This document shows, piece after piece, positions 23,359 through 37,919 of a stretch of 64,000 nt of DNA. Numbering within the stretch: position 1 is the first letter of the stretch; each line of letters begins with the position of its first letter. The notes beneath the pieces were generated by a model. That model made no database searches, was not told the DNA's origin, and saw only the letters and a list, made by a program, of their open reading frames with translations. Source of the stretch: Octopus sinensis (taxonomy: Eukaryota); contig NC_043015.1 in the NCBI RefSeq assembly GCF_006345805.1, positions 32,364,001 through 32,428,000 of the forward strand. The letters run 5' to 3'. Position numbers and translations under genes: made by a program.

Positions 23359-24524
23359 ATATATACCTGTGTGTGTGGTGTATTTGTGTCTGCATTTGTC
23401 CAAGTCCCCCTTGACAACCGGTGTTGGTTTGCATGTGTCCCTGTAATATAGCAGTTAGATAAAGAACCCGATAAAATAACCGTCAGCTTAAAAAAAAAAT
23501 AATATTGGGGTTGATCTGCCTCGACTAAAGCCCTGCAAGGCGGTGCCCCAGCATGACCGTAGGCCAATGACTGAAACGAGTAAAGAAAAATAAAATACCT
23601 TCGTATAGCGTTAATACATGCATAAATGACTTTATTGACTTTATTTACTTTATTGACTTCAAAAGGACGAAAAGCGGAGCCGAAAATGGTGAACTTCGAA
23701 CTCAGATCTTGAAACGACGTAATTAAATATCACAATGCAGAGTGCTCGACGCTCTAACGATTCAGCCAAACTATCGCCATTGTTATTGCTAACTTAGGCA
23801 CAAAACCAGCCGGATATTTTGAGTGAGGAATAAGCAAAAGTGATTGGATCGAACCGTGAAAAGCGAATGTAAAGCCGTCAAACACAGCATCTGAACGCAG
23901 AACGCAGAGACAAAATAACCATGAAATACGAAAAAGAAAAAAACACGAAAAAAAAAAAATCTCCCCTGAAAATGTGATGTATTAAAGGAATTCCACACGA
24001 AGACACTGACGTGGTCGATAATTGAATTATATTTAATTGCGACTATTGTTTAATTAGTAAATGTGATGCATTCAATTCCATTAGGTGATAATTAATTAAA
24101 ACAAAGAAGAAATTTAAAAAACATTATTATTAAATTCCCAAGTACAAGTCATTACATGAACTCACTAAGCTATTTGTCCATTCACAAATTCATACTTGAA
24201 CAGGTATAGGTGTGGATATGCTGTTATAAATATATTCATGCACGTCCGTATATATATATATGTATGTGTGTGTACGTGTGCATACAAGTAGTATTATATT
24301 ATCATATATATAAATATATATATATATATATACACGCACATAAACATATATGTTATTATACTTGGGGATGGTTACTGGTTTTTTAAATATTTTTTTACCA
24401 ATCAAACAAAAGCTCCATTTATTTGATCTTCACTTTAGTTCGTATTGTTTTTAGTTAATACGTCTGACAAAGTCTCTCGTAACACATTTTCCGACCTCAT
24501 CTGTGAAACTCTCTGTCACTTCAA

Positions 24525-24557
<33 letters not shown>

Positions 24558-24560
<3 letters not shown>

Positions 24561-24803
24561 TAGAAATAAGGTACTCAGAAATCTGGATGGTTTTATATTT
24601 ACAGATTTTTATTAATATGTTACATGTTTTTATAAATCATATACTAGCGCTTGCATCTACTCTAGTAGAGACTCCAGATTCAAATGTGGAGATTCTACTA
24701 GAGTAGATGCAAGCGCTAATATATTATTTATAAAAACATGTGACATATTAATAAAACCTGTAAGTATAAAACCATCCAGATTTCTGAGTACCTATTTCTA
24801 CTC
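24558..24803. repeat. 246-bp fold-back palindrome in (TA)n
   Basis: GAGTAGAAATAAGGTACTCAGAAATCTGGATGG.. versus ..CCATCCAGATTTCTGAGTACCTATTTCTACTC; centre near 24680. Confidence 0.92.
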
Positions 24804-24833
24804 ATATATAATACCTGTACATCACCTCCAAAC

Positions 24834-24881
<48 letters not shown>

Positions 24882-24923
24882 AATATATATATATATATAT
24901 AATATATTATATATATAAATATA

Positions 24924-25005
<82 letters not shown>

Positions 25006-25007
25006 TA

Positions 25008-25043
<36 letters not shown>

Positions 25044-25509
25044 TGTATGTATGTATGTATGTATGTATGTATGTATGTATGTATTGTGTCAGTTTGTTGG
25101 GGATGGTGGTGATAGTGGAGGTCCTGATACTCCAGTCTGCTATTGTGACATGGGGGTGATTTTGTCATATCAAATCTGATACAGCCCATCTCTTTCCAGC
25201 TGTGGACCGAGCCGATTTCTTCCAATATAAAAATGTCATGTATTGATAGATATTGTTTTTTTTTTTATTATTTATTGCACTGCTGATGTTACTGTTTGTT
25301 ACTAGTCGTGAGCGAATGTATAACGTTGTATGCATTATTTATTATTAGACAAACGAGATATGCTGTGCGTAACGTAGACGTTTTAGAGGCGGCCAACCAT
25401 TCCTTAGGAAGCGAATTAATTGGAATATAACCCGGCTGATTATATATATATATATATATATATATATTAATATAATATATAATATATATATATATATTAT
25501 ATGTGTGTG

Positions 25510-25542
<33 letters not shown>

Positions 25543-26786
25543 GTGTGTGTTTTGTGTGTGTTGTGCGATAAATAACATAATTTGTCTATAATATATCCAG
25601 TTTATGCCACCATCAACGACGTACATAAAACAAAAATACTTATTATAAGAGGGAACTCAACGCTTCGTTATGTATGTATCTATATATATGTCTATCTATC
25701 TATCAGTGCGTATATATGTGTGCATACACACACACACGTTCACATCCATACACTAATACAAAGGTATATTTGTGTGTTTGTGTACGCACGTGAGTGTACG
25801 TTTTATATGTTCACTTACTCTCTCTCACTCCCTCTCTCTCCCTGTCTCTCTCTATCTTCCTCTGTCTCACACGGTCTCTCTTTCTCTATGTATATGTATG
25901 TATATGTATATATGTGTGCGATAGTAATTACGTGTGTGTGTCTGTATGTGTTTGTGTATGTTCTTGTGCATATATGTGTTCCTCGTCAGGAAGAGACAGA
26001 CGTAAAATAAAATTCCCTTATTTTCTACTCCATTACCAAATAAACAAACAAAGAAATAAATAAACCCAATAAAGATAGATCGATTTTTTTTAAATATTTT
26101 ATTTCCCCTAAAATATAAAAAAAACAACAACAACAACAATAACAAACAATCAAATACGAACAACAACAACATACGCGAAAAATATAACATATGCGTTATC
26201 ATCTATCAATCTTAATAAAAAAATTGATATAAAATTATTTTGTAATGTATTTTTGTGAAGATCTCAACTCCACATGATTCTGGCTGAATGAGAGTGAAGG
26301 GGGTTTAGTACAGGGTTAATTGTGTGGAAAATAGCGAGGCGAATAAACGAAGAAAAGGAATCGCCATCGTTGGCCATACACAAATGAATATAAACACACA
26401 CGTACGAGCAGACATATAAATGCATATATGCATACATACAGGCATACATATACATATGGTTTATATACACACCTGCATGCGAGCAAATATACATATATAC
26501 ACATACAAACTTATTTGTATGTATACATACATACATTAAAAGATATGCATATAAGCATATATGTATATAAACGTACACATATATACAAACATATATATGG
26601 ATATATGTATATCAGCATATATACATAAAGACATATATACACACATACACGCACATATTGTAGCTTGAAAACCTACATATAAACGTATACATATATATAC
26701 CTTCAAACATTCAAACATCTATACAAATATATATAAATATAGATATATATATGTATATATATGTTTATATATATATTTATATATAT

Positions 26787-26828
<42 letters not shown>

Positions 26829-27399
26829 CATATATACATGCATACCTACATATATGCCTGCTACATAAATGCATACATTTATATAGACATATTGACACAC
26901 ATACACCGGACATACACAAACTTGTACGTGATTCATTCCCATAATAAAGATAAACACAGAAATACTTTCACACTCTTACACATACAAACACTGGGTTATA
27001 GAAGAACGTATACACACGAGACACATACACACGAGACACATACGCAACTATAGATTCCTACACATTATTCATACTTGTTATTCACAGTCTTACTCAATGA
27101 CGCATAGACATACAAATTTGGTAATATATAGACATAAAGACAGACACGTAGAAATACACAAATACACCATATGACCATACATACATATATATGTATATAT
27201 ATATATTATATATATATATATATTATTTATATATATATATATATATTATATATATATGTGTGTATGTATCTATAGATAGTAGATATATATCATCATGCAC
27301 ATGGACATGTGTAAAGACATTTAAATACACACGTCCATATGTATAGCTTTCAAGAAATATATATAGGCAGTGTACGCACAACTTTGCACAATGGTTCAC

Positions 27400-28642
27400 A
27401 CAAGGGTCGGCTGAGAAGTTCATAGGCTTACCAAAACACTCTCATCAAATGTGACCAGGTGAAGTTAGACTCCTTCTAACGGTGTTGCTCTGCGTTGTTC
27501 CCATTGGTGAAGAGGCTTTTAACATCTTGGTCAAAAAAGTCTTTAAGTGCAGATATGACGTCATCATCACTGCGATGCTTCTGTTTCTCAGCCTAGTGTC
27601 CTTTTCATATTTGGAAACATATGATATTCTGATGAGACCAACTCTGCAAATAGGAGGGTTCAAAGCGACAGTCGCGCACAGCGAGTATTGAAACCAAGGA
27701 CTTGTGTGGTGGAGCATTCTCCTGGTAAAAAGAAACAGGACCTTTTTCGTCAGTTTTCCTGGGAGTTTGGTCTTGATAGCTTTTCGCAATTGCCTCAGCA
27801 GCTCTTGGCATTGTACTCCACATGATGATCTGGCCCTCTTGAAGATAATCAATAAATACAATGTCCTTTACATCCTAAAAATCTGAGGCCATCACTTTCT
27901 CTGCAGATGATATGACCTTGGCCTTTTTGGAGCAGGTAAGGAGAATGTATTTCCACTGCATGGATCTTCTCTTTGTCTTTGAATGAAATTGATGAAGCCA
28001 ACGCTGATCCTAGATGAGAAAACTTTCTATGAAACCAGCTGAATCTGGCTGAGATAATGTAAGGTTTTCCTGTGATATGATCAGCTCAGTGCGCTTTTGA
28101 TTGGGTGTCAGATGACGTGACACCCACCGAACAGAAGCCTTAGTAATTTCAAGTCCATTCGGCAGAATATTCTCAATCCTCTCACACGATATGCTCTTAG
28201 AAATGGCTATTTGATTCATAGGCAATAGCCTGACAATCATCACTATGTGGTGAACAGGATCAATGTTTTCCTCGTTGGTGGCAGTTGCAAGATGTCCAAA
28301 CCTTGGGTCATCTTCAAGATTCTAACAAGACCTTAAATTCAACTACTCACTTTTGCACTATTGATAAAGCTGAAGCATCATCCTCTAATATAGCAACCAT
28401 GACAGCATGGATGTCCTTAGGGGCTAAACCCTTTGTCTTAAGGTTCTTTATAATATCAAGTTGACAAATTTCGTCTGTTTTCAAGAGAAATCGATACTAG
28501 TTACTTTTGAAGCCTTCTTTGAACTACCAAATATCAGTCTACTTGGACCCCCCCCAGCTCCTAAAAAGAAGGGTTGAAATGATACATGCTCTAGCATTGC
28601 TCTTTCATAGTCAGCCTATGAACTTTTCAGCCCATCCTCATA
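27400..28642 (-). mobile_element. Full-length decayed mariner (Tc1/mariner) DNA transposon
   Basis: Terminal inverted repeats share GGCTGA(G/A)AAGTTCATAGGCT (about 27400-27432 and 28609-28642). Minus frames give ASVRWVSRHLTPNQKR (WVPR-L motif), ELLRQLRKAIKTKLPGKL and QENAPPHKS; many stops and frameshifts. Confidence 0.92.
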
Positions 28643-29312
28643 TTCACAAACAGATACATGCAAACATTTCTATACAAATAAGAAACAAACAAAATATTGC
28701 AACCACATATACGTATCTCTTCACACTGAAGCATCCATGTACTCGGATATATTCAATTATGCACATATAAACACATATACGCATATATAAGCACATATAT
28801 ACATCAGCATACAAATATAATATTTATAGAGATTCACAAACTTGTACACGCATGTATAACGCAGATGCGCACACACTCACCGTCAACCATCCCATACTTC
28901 CAAAGTTCACATAAAAAGACACACATACATATACGTATCGAGTCAGACACACATACATACATTTAAGACCACACGTACACACATATAAATTCCAACACAC
29001 ATATACATACAAATTTACACACACATATACACATGAGTAACGCAATCTCCATCGTTCGATACTTTACTAAAATAGTAATATGTTATATGATTATTCTCGC
29101 CATATTACTTTGTACTCCGGGAACAATGGAGGATATTAACTAGAGTTAATTAATTATTGACCGTAATTAAGTAGGGACACCATTAATCATCCTTTGCATT
29201 ATTCTTTTGTTTTAATATCACTCACTTTTTATATATTACATGTTTTTATTAACTAGATATCATATTTGATATAGACGCTGAACATCATGTAAACGACTGT
29301 GTATGTGCGCTT

Positions 29313-29363
<51 letters not shown>

Positions 29364-29364
<1 letters not shown>

Positions 29365-29525
29365 GGCGCAGGAGGGGCTGTGTGGTAAGTAGCTTGCTTA
29401 CCAACCACATGTTTTCGTGTTCAGTCCCACTGCGTGGCATCTTGGGCAGGTGTCTTTTACTATAGCCTCGGGCCGACCAAAGTCTTGTGAGTGAATTTGG
29501 TAGACGGAGACCGAAAGAAGCCTGT

Positions 29526-29528
<3 letters not shown>
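29364..29528 (+). mobile_element. SINE family A 5' half
   Basis: GGCGCAGGAGGGGCTGTGTGGTAAG..GAAAGAAGCCTGTTG then (TA)n. Confidence 0.85.
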
Positions 29529-29587
<59 letters not shown>

Positions 29588-29757
29588 TATATATATATAT
29601 ATATATATATAATATAATATATATATATATATAATAATATATATATATTTTATATATATTTTATATATTTTATATATTTATATTCTGAAATTTGATTTAA
29701 TACTACATTGAATTTTTCCCTGTAAATTTGGAGTTATACTCCCTAATATTATTATTA

Positions 29758-29830
<73 letters not shown>

Positions 29831-30199
29831 TGTATATATGTGTGTATGAGTGTTTGTATCATCTGTGTAACTATTTATCTACAAATATTCACATTCGCTA
29901 TAACATATCTTTATTATTGTCACACATATATATATAACAAATGAAAGACTCACCAAGTATAAACACCAAGTAGCTATTTACTTTGCTTTGCGATCGTGTG
30001 TGCCATGTAGCTTACGCGAGGGCGTTTGTACATCCATATTTGTTAACGGTTATTTTGAATACTTTTCTCGCTGGATTGCGTGTTACTTTCTTTTTTGCAC
30101 GTGGGATTTTCATAAGAGATAGTTAAAGGTGCACCTGGGTTGCGAGTATAAAACAAAATGGAATTCATTTTTGAAATCAGCGTCCCAAAATTACTGGGA

Positions 30200-30500
30200 A
30201 ACATGTCTCCAACACTAAACAACAACAACAACAACCTTGTTCCCAGCGTAATACTTTGGAAATGATCAACAAGCAGGCATATACATAACCACAATCTCAA
30301 GACTTACAAATATGTACAGAAAATTGCGCTACTACGGAGGGTATATTTTCCATGCAGTGAAAATAAAACCACAATAAAACAGTGCGCGCACTCAGTGTAC
30401 AGAGAAGCGAACACAATAGTGCAGTGAAAGCAGGTAATATTACCATAATACAAACGAATAACAACAATAATAACAAGAACAACAATAATATGCATTTCAT
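30200..30500 (+). mobile_element. Decayed R4/Dong-like LINE C-terminus and 3' UTR with AAT-like tail
   Basis: ..YVQKIALL.. followed by ..TAGTGCAGTGAAAGCA..ACGAATAACAACAATAATAAC. Confidence 0.5.
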
Positions 30501-30564
30501 AAATGGCGGAACTATCCCGATATAGACACGTGAAAACAGAGATAACCAGCTTGGAAAAGAAAGT

Positions 30565-30720
30565 CTGGAACATGCCAATTCACATAGACAGAGAGATTAA
30601 GGTAAATCGATCAGATATTGTTGTCAAAAACAATCAGGAAAAAAGAAACTTCCTCTAATCGATTGATCAATTCTAACCGACGACAATATATACGTGAAAA
30701 ATGCTAAAGCAATTAACTTC
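30565..30720 (+). mobile_element. Restriction-like endonuclease fragment of an R4/Dong-like LINE
   Basis: WNMPIHIDREIKVNRSDIVVKNNQEK matches the WD..I.TD..I.ANRPDIV motif of RLE LINEs. Confidence 0.75.
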
Positions 30721-31881
30721 CAAAACCATGAACAATAGTGGTTTCTACTTTAATTACGAGGCTAGCAGTTCTAAGGGTAGGAGTTTAGTCGTTACCATCT
30801 ACAACAATACGTGATCGGTATTGCATTTTCTTTATCTTGGAGGGATGAAAAGTAAAGACGTCTCGGGCAGGATTTGAACGTAGAATATAAGGAACCGGAA
30901 AAGAATACAGCAAGGCAGTCAGTCCGATGCTATAACGATTCTGCCATCTCATCGCCTGGAATAATTTCAAATTTAAGTCCAATGCCAGCAAATTCAATGA
31001 GAGGACCTCTAGTGGTTATGTTGTCCCCAGTACTTTGAAGGTTCTATATTTTATCAACTCTGAAAGGATGAAACGCAAAATTGATTTTGGTGGGATTTGA
31101 TCTCAGAACATAAAGATAGGGGATACATACTTCAACGCATTTTCTTTAAATCTTTAACGATTCTGCCAAATCCCAGCATTTATTCTAACCGAACAGAAGG
31201 TACATTCTTAAATGTTTCTACAACCTTCTATCAAAATAAAATATCTGATTATTTTAAGGATTCAGAAAGTTCCAGAACAGTGTAAGGCCTCTATTATCCA
31301 TCGATAGGTTTAGTTTTAAATTCTATACAGTCCACACTCTATATGTGCTATAGCCTTCCTTTTAATGCCAAAATATTTGGGGATCGCTCTAATTCTTTTT
31401 CCAGAAAATATTTCACCTCTACTCTTAAAATAAACCCTATAAGTACATACCTCAATTGCAGAATGGAATATAATAAAGATGGGAGAATAGTTACTTCAAT
31501 GAAATAATTATACACGTATTATTTATGGGTGCGTAGCACAAATGATGCTAATTTTATCAAGCATATGACGAAAATCAGACAAAATGTCTCTCTCAAATTT
31601 GAAACCAGAAATATACCTAGATGTAAGAAACTAAATTTTGGTAGTGTATCCTGCCATTCCACTCACCTAACCAAACATTGAAATTGTTATTACGAAAGGG
31701 ACGGAGGGCAGTGGAATTAGTGGAGAGGAGTTTTAAACGATTTTGTTATATTTAATACATCCTTTTATACTTTTAATCCTAATCTATTGGGGATTGTACA
31801 GGGAATTGGCTAAATGGTTTATTTTTCTGCATGATACATTATCTAACCTTGTGCCAATATAAGAAATCAAAATCAAAATTG

Positions 31882-31931
<50 letters not shown>

Positions 31932-32324
31932 GACAACTTCAACAAATGATAATAATATAGTTTTAAAAAATGGTGTAAACAACAATATGAAAAGCAAACG
32001 TTATTCACAGGCTTCCATATAATTAGCTATGATTCTAATAACTAATCGATACTGCCATAATCGGTCTATGTGATCAGAGACACATCTTCTTTCACTCCGC
32101 ATATTACACAAGATTTCATGAAGCAATTTCCGCTAACTTGTTTTTGTTTCATGTTAGATTAAGAAAACGTTATCAATTGCCATGAAAAAGAATAAAAAAG
32201 CATTTTCATTACTTTTTTTTTCATCTTCTGTGTTTTATTTTCTTCCATTCTTTCCGTTCACATATTCCCTGACCTTACATAATTAAGGTTAACAATTAAT
32301 TAACTATAATAATTTCCTCTATAG

Positions 32325-32527
32325 TTGCAGCTTGTTTGTTGAATCGATTGAATGTAGTGCTTGTTGCCAAATGGCTCCAAGCCACAGTCTGTTTAGTTGT
32401 AACTGGGTTCCACGAGTTGGCAGTGGTTTTCATTGACAAATGTTTTGTTAAAAGTGAGATAATCTTTCGTTTAACAACGGTTCCCCCGTGCCAATATAAG
32501 TACTTTGCCCAACTGTCCAATCTTGCT
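32325..32527 (+). other. Possible exon or unique GC-richer segment (unresolved)
   Basis: TTTCCTCTATAG acceptor and GTGAGT donor bracket a 203-bp open frame, but a minus-strand frame is also open; no recognisable product. Confidence 0.2.
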
Positions 32528-32676
32528 GTGAGTATATCTTCCTATTTGGTAGGAAGCAAGCTGCTTGCAAGTATCTTCCACCGGTTTTAACTCTTTAAAT
32601 CGATGTGAAATGTTGTCCCCAGTACACCGAGCCCGCGGACTCGATCCCGTTAACCCATAAAGCATCAATTCCAATA

Positions 32677-33077
32677 AGTGGCTGTGTGGTAAGTAGCTTT
32701 CTAACCAGCCACATGGTTCCGGGTTCAGTCCCACTGCGTGGCATCTTGGGCAAGTGTCTTCTGCTATAGCGCCGGGCCGACCAATGCCTTGAGAGTGGAT
32801 TTGGTAGACGGAAACTGAAAGAAGCCCGTCGCATATATATATATATATGTATGTGTATGTATATGTTTGTGTGTCTGTGTTTGTCCCCCTAGCATTGCTT
32901 GACAAACGATGCTGGTGTGTTTACGTCCCCGTCACTTAGCAGTTCAGCAAAAGAGACCGATAGAATAAGTACTGGGCTTACAAAGAATAAGTCCCGGGGT
33001 CGATTTGATCGACTAAAGGCGGTGCTCCAGCATGGCCGCAGTCAAATGACTGAAACAAGTAAAAGAGTAAAAGAGTA
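32677..33077 (+). mobile_element. SINE family A, near full length, low divergence
   Basis: Matches the other clean family A copies; (GAGTAAAA)n tail. Confidence 0.92.
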
Positions 33078-33111
33078 ACTGGTTTGAATATATGTTTTGC
33101 ATTTAAGAAAT

Positions 33112-33324
33112 ATGACAAGTTGTGATAGAGGAAAATGTAAAAAACTGCACGATGTCCTCTGCTATATTTGTGGATGTTACACATTACTTAGGCAGCGAAA
33201 CGAAATCACAGATTTTGGGAAAAATGCTTACCTTAGTTACTTTGGCATGAACTTTGGAGATCAAGACAAACCCTGGGTCCCTCGGATAGTGTGTAAAACT
33301 TGTGCTGAAACTCTGAGTCATTAG
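33112..33324 (+). mobile_element. N-terminal zinc-finger fragment of a DNA transposase (probably CMC/Chapaev3-type)
   Basis: LCYICG..ITDFGKNAYLSYFGMNFGDQDKPWVPRIVCKTC; the CYICG..GDQDK.W.P...C..C motif is typical of this family. Superfamily name is from memory. Confidence 0.65.
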
Positions 33325-33403
33325 GATTCTTGTTTTCGCATCTAATCTGGCTAGGTTGATTAGTATCCAACACTGAGAATGTTAAAAGATAAAATTATTA
33401 TTA

Positions 33404-33624
33404 TGGCAGAAACGTTAGCACGCTGGGCGAAATACTTAGCGGTATTTCGTCTGTCGTTACGTTCTGAGTTCAAATTCCGCCGAGGTTGACTTTGCCTTTC
33501 ATCCTTTCGGGGTCGATAAATAAAGTACCAGTTTCGCACTGGGGTCAATGTAATCGACTTAATCCGTTTGTCTGTCCTTGTTTGTCCCCTCTATGTTTAA
33601 CCCCTTGTGGGTAGTAAAGAAATA
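33404..33624 (+). mobile_element. SINE family B, monomer
   Basis: TGGCAGAAACGTTAGCACG..GAGTTCAAATTCCGCC..CTTTCATCCTTTCGGGGTCGATAAAT..GTGGGTAGTAAAGAAATA. Confidence 0.9.
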
Positions 33625-33679
33625 TATAACATTATATTTTGCATTTAGTACTGTTTTAAGTATTAAGCTTGAACATCTA

Positions 33680-34500
33680 AAAACGGTTTCCTAATCTTTT
33701 CCTTTATTTGTGTGCATTGTACCTTGTTTATCTCATTGGTTCCTAAGTATTTCTATGTTTGTGTTTTGTCTAATGTTCTCATTTCCGATTTTATTTTATC
33801 TAGTATAATATTAATGTTCTCTACAAGGTCACTTTTCTATGTTCTAAGCTGTATCTCATATTTAGTTTTAATCTACATATTTGCTAAATACGTGTACTAT
33901 CCGCAGTAACGTTTCTATTGTGTATCATATCAACACTCAGTTTCGTTCAGCATGTACGTCAAAGAAAGCTTGAATGCCAGACAGAAGGTTGGAGAGAGAG
34001 AGAACCTACCCGGGATGATTCTCTTATAAAGGAGATAGGCATAGTTTTTACAATTCCCTCTTTTGTTTGTAACAAAAGGTTTCCGTATACCCATGACATG
34101 TTTTATCTATTGTTATTGGTTCTGTCTTATTCATGACTAGTATCTTCATGATCCATGTATGAAGAATACTATCAAAAGACTTCCAGTGGTCAATCCATGC
34201 TCTCCTCAGGACCTTTTTTTCTTCAGCAGTCTTCGGTTATAGAGTAATTGATCTTTACAACCATATCATTCTTTGCCACATGCGTTTCTTTTCAAAAATT
34301 CTGTTTCAATTGTTGATGTATTTTCGTTGTAATAATGTGTCTTTTTAAGGTAGTTTGTTGGATGTGATATATCTGCGTCAAGTATGAGCAGACGGAGAGA
34401 GTGCCTTCGTCTGCTCGCGACTACATGGGCAGCTAAAACAATTAAGGAAAGCCTCATATATGTTCCAAAGCCATATTCGCCCGTGCGTGAAGGCTATGTG
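33680..34500 (-). mobile_element. Heavily decayed R4/Dong-like LINE reverse transcriptase (element may extend to about 35500)
   Basis: Minus frames: YGCKDQLLYN, AWIDHWKSFDSILHTWI, IIPGRFSLSPTFCLAF..MLN, KYLG, corresponding to GCKDQLL / AWIDY.KAFDS.PH.WI / IFQGD.LSP / YKYLG. Confidence 0.75.
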
Positions 34501-35840
34501 TACTGCTCTACTAAGCTAAGAAGCCAATACAGCTAATTAAGCTCGCAGCTCATTGGAAGCCTACATTATATCTACTCGTCATTGTTAAGTCAATTATTAA
34601 GACATTATCTTTGATTTTTGAAAACGTCTCCATATTTGCATTGTTAGGTTCAGGAAATAAATGGCGTTTTATAGAATATCACTGCTTCAAATTGATGGAG
34701 TTTATGACAGAAGACATTTCATAAGGCACCATATATGTTTGCCATATGGGTATAAAAAATGCTATTTTGTTACTTAGTTATGTCTACAAGTATATTTTGT
34801 AAAGTAGTATAATAGTTGATATCACGCGTACTTTCAGGAAGCTGACCGCTAGAAGCTTGTGTTTATCAATGTCGTTATATAATCTCTAGCTGATCATTTC
34901 TACATATCCAAGTACAATATTCAGAAACTATGTTACTTACACCTCTGTTTTTCAAGATGTTTGTACATATTTTTTTTATCCAAGGAAGAATTATTTATTT
35001 ATATATGTGGTTTGTCACAAAAAAATGTCCATTATAAGCCTAGATGGTTGCTATTTTATTTCTATACACTCACCAGATTCGCTGCTTGTATGTCCACATT
35101 AATCACGGCATTGGCTTGAAAATTTCACTGCTGGTTGGATATCTAATTCTAATTCACGTGATCAGTTTTCTGCTGTCCTCCTGATTGATTTATGACCTTT
35201 CCTGATGTCATATTCCGCAACGGGTTGCAGCAGGTTTTCTTGTGAATTCCAAATGTGTGCAACATGAATAATTGTTTCTCAAACTCTTCTCCAACACTTA
35301 GTATTCTCCTGAGATCTTCTCTTCTTAGTTTCTACATTCGTTACATATCCGATTTGTTCTGTAATAAGTGATGATTTTACAGATTTCAAGTGTTATGATG
35401 TATTATAGCTCGAACTATTAGGTTTCAATCCCATGTTACAAAACTTGTGATACAGCAACTGTTATTAAAGTTGCTACTACAACTTCTGCTACACGGAATA
35501 TATTGAGGCAGGTGATAATTTCATTAATGCATAAATGAATATTTTACGAATGTTGATTCTTTCAAAATTCACCATACATCATACCACGCTTTTCTGCCTC
35601 TCAGTGGCGAACTTGTTCAATCTTTAGGTGTATCAGACGAAATGACTAGCTGTGTTTAATGCGGATTATTGCGTTCTGAATTCAAATACCACAGATGTCA
35701 ATTTTGCTTTTCAACCTTCAAGGATTGGTCGTCTCGGTGGTGAATTGACAGATTTGAAAGATTATCAGATGGGAAGTGTTTCCGTATTGGCTTCAGCTCT
35801 TTGTATCTTATTCCTATCCCTCTTCTCTTCCTCTGTCCCC

Positions 35841-35873
<33 letters not shown>

Positions 35874-36163
35874 CTTCTGCTTCGGTCTTAGACTTCATCC
35901 GTTGCCCTATTTGGCATTATTGCAATATTCACACTCGTTCCAAGATAAATATCTTGAGAGATAGCAGGAACAAATGCTCGCCTTCGTTATCATAGTAGTC
36001 GTAGCTTCAACAAGCATGGCATAAATGTTTTCCCAACGAAGCAACAGTGTTAAAAGTAACTGAAAATAAAAATGTTAAACATAGGGACAGACGTTGAAGC
36101 TTAAATGCTTGCAACTGTATATTAGAAGATACACGCATACACACATGCACACACATACATACA

Positions 36164-36207
<44 letters not shown>

Positions 36208-36869
36208 AGTGTTAAAAAATATTGGTTCTAAATTTTGGCACGAGGCCAGTAAGTTTGGGGCGGTCGGGTTTGTCGATTGCATCAACCCCTGTACTCAACT
36301 GGTTACTTTACCAACCCCGAAACAATGAAAGGCAAAGTCAACTCGGTTTTTGCGTTCTGAGTTCAAATGACCGCCGTGGTCGACATCGTTTTTTAGCCTT
36401 TCGGAGACGCTGAAATATGTAGCAGCTGAGTATTGAAGGTCTATTGAAGGTCTATTGAAGGACTATCCTACTTCCCCGAAATTGCTGGCCCAGTACCAAT
36501 ATTTGAAACCAGTTGTTATTGCTGTTTATTGTTCAACCCTTGGTTAGGGCTGATTGGGTAGAATTAAAGTCAAAGCCTTTCCAAGTGTGGCCCCTCTCTC
36601 TTTACTTTTCACAAATATTTTATCTAGAACTACACTGTTCCACATGTCCTTCCTTTAAAGAAATCGTGAGCTGCGCACTATGGGACTTGGCAGCTATTTC
36701 AAGCAGGTCGAGCAGATATGTAGCAGCTATCTTCGGTACATTGTTGATATTGATCTTTATATTGTTATTTAGCCCCAGGTCAGCTTTGAACAGGAAAACT
36801 TATGTCCAAAATTCCTTTCCGTCGTGTCCATCCTCTCTTGGACTTCTAGAAACACTCTATCTTGAACCA

Positions 36870-37107
36870 TATTACTCTCTTTTAATCTATTACTTGTTTC
36901 AATCATTTGACTGTGGCCATGCTGGAACACCACCTTTGATCGAGCAAATCGACTCCAGGACTTATTATTTGGATGTCTAGTATTTATTCTATCGGTCCCT
37001 TTTGCCGAACTGCTAATTTACGGGGACGTAAATACACCACCATCGGTTGTCAAGCGATGTTGGGGAGACAAACACAGACACAAAAACATATACATACACA
37101 TACATAA

Positions 37108-37150
<43 letters not shown>

Positions 37151-37300
37151 CGACGGGCTTCTTTCAGTTTCCGTCTACCAAATCCACTCACAAGTCTTTG
37201 GTCGGCTCGAGGCTATAGTAGAAGACAATTGCCTAAGATGCCACGCAGTGGGACTGAACCTGGAACCATGTGGTTCGTAAGCAAGCCACTCCTACGCCTA
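36870..37300 (-). mobile_element. SINE family A
   Basis: Reverse-strand match to family A. Confidence 0.85.
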
Positions 37301-37919
37301 TTATCCAATATTCTTTCTTTTCGAGACAGTAGGATATGATTTGAGGCATATTTGCTTGCTATTTCCAGCAAGAAAGGTAACCTAGTACAATAATTTGGTT
37401 GTCTTTCTGTTGGTGTTAACATGACTGCCGAATCCCTGCAGTAGACACATTAAACCAGTAAAACAACGAAATTGATTTACTGTAATATTCTCTTCAAAGT
37501 CTGTTTGTGTTCCATTCCTGCCATCTTTTCTCATTTACATATTGATGGAATTAAGAATTGCTATCAAAGAAAGGAAGTTCCTGAGACATTGGCCAGCAGC
37601 ATCTATCTCAAGAAGCATGAAACACATCATCTGTAAGACTGTTTTATCAAAGCGAGAGGCTTTGAAGTGGAATGAATAACACATAAGTGTACTAATCGTT
37701 GAAGAATGTTTACTTTTGGTAACTTTCGTATTTCTTTGTTCCAAACTAAATATATCTACCGTGCGACCATATTGGATATTCATACAGCATCACTTATGAA
37801 TACATAAATATACTTAAGTATTTCTTCTCTCTGGGAAATTAAAGCGAACAAGATGGCAACTTGGACTGACGAGCGAATCACTGGTTTTTTTTTACGCTCC
37901 CTCCTAAATTTTTAATTAT

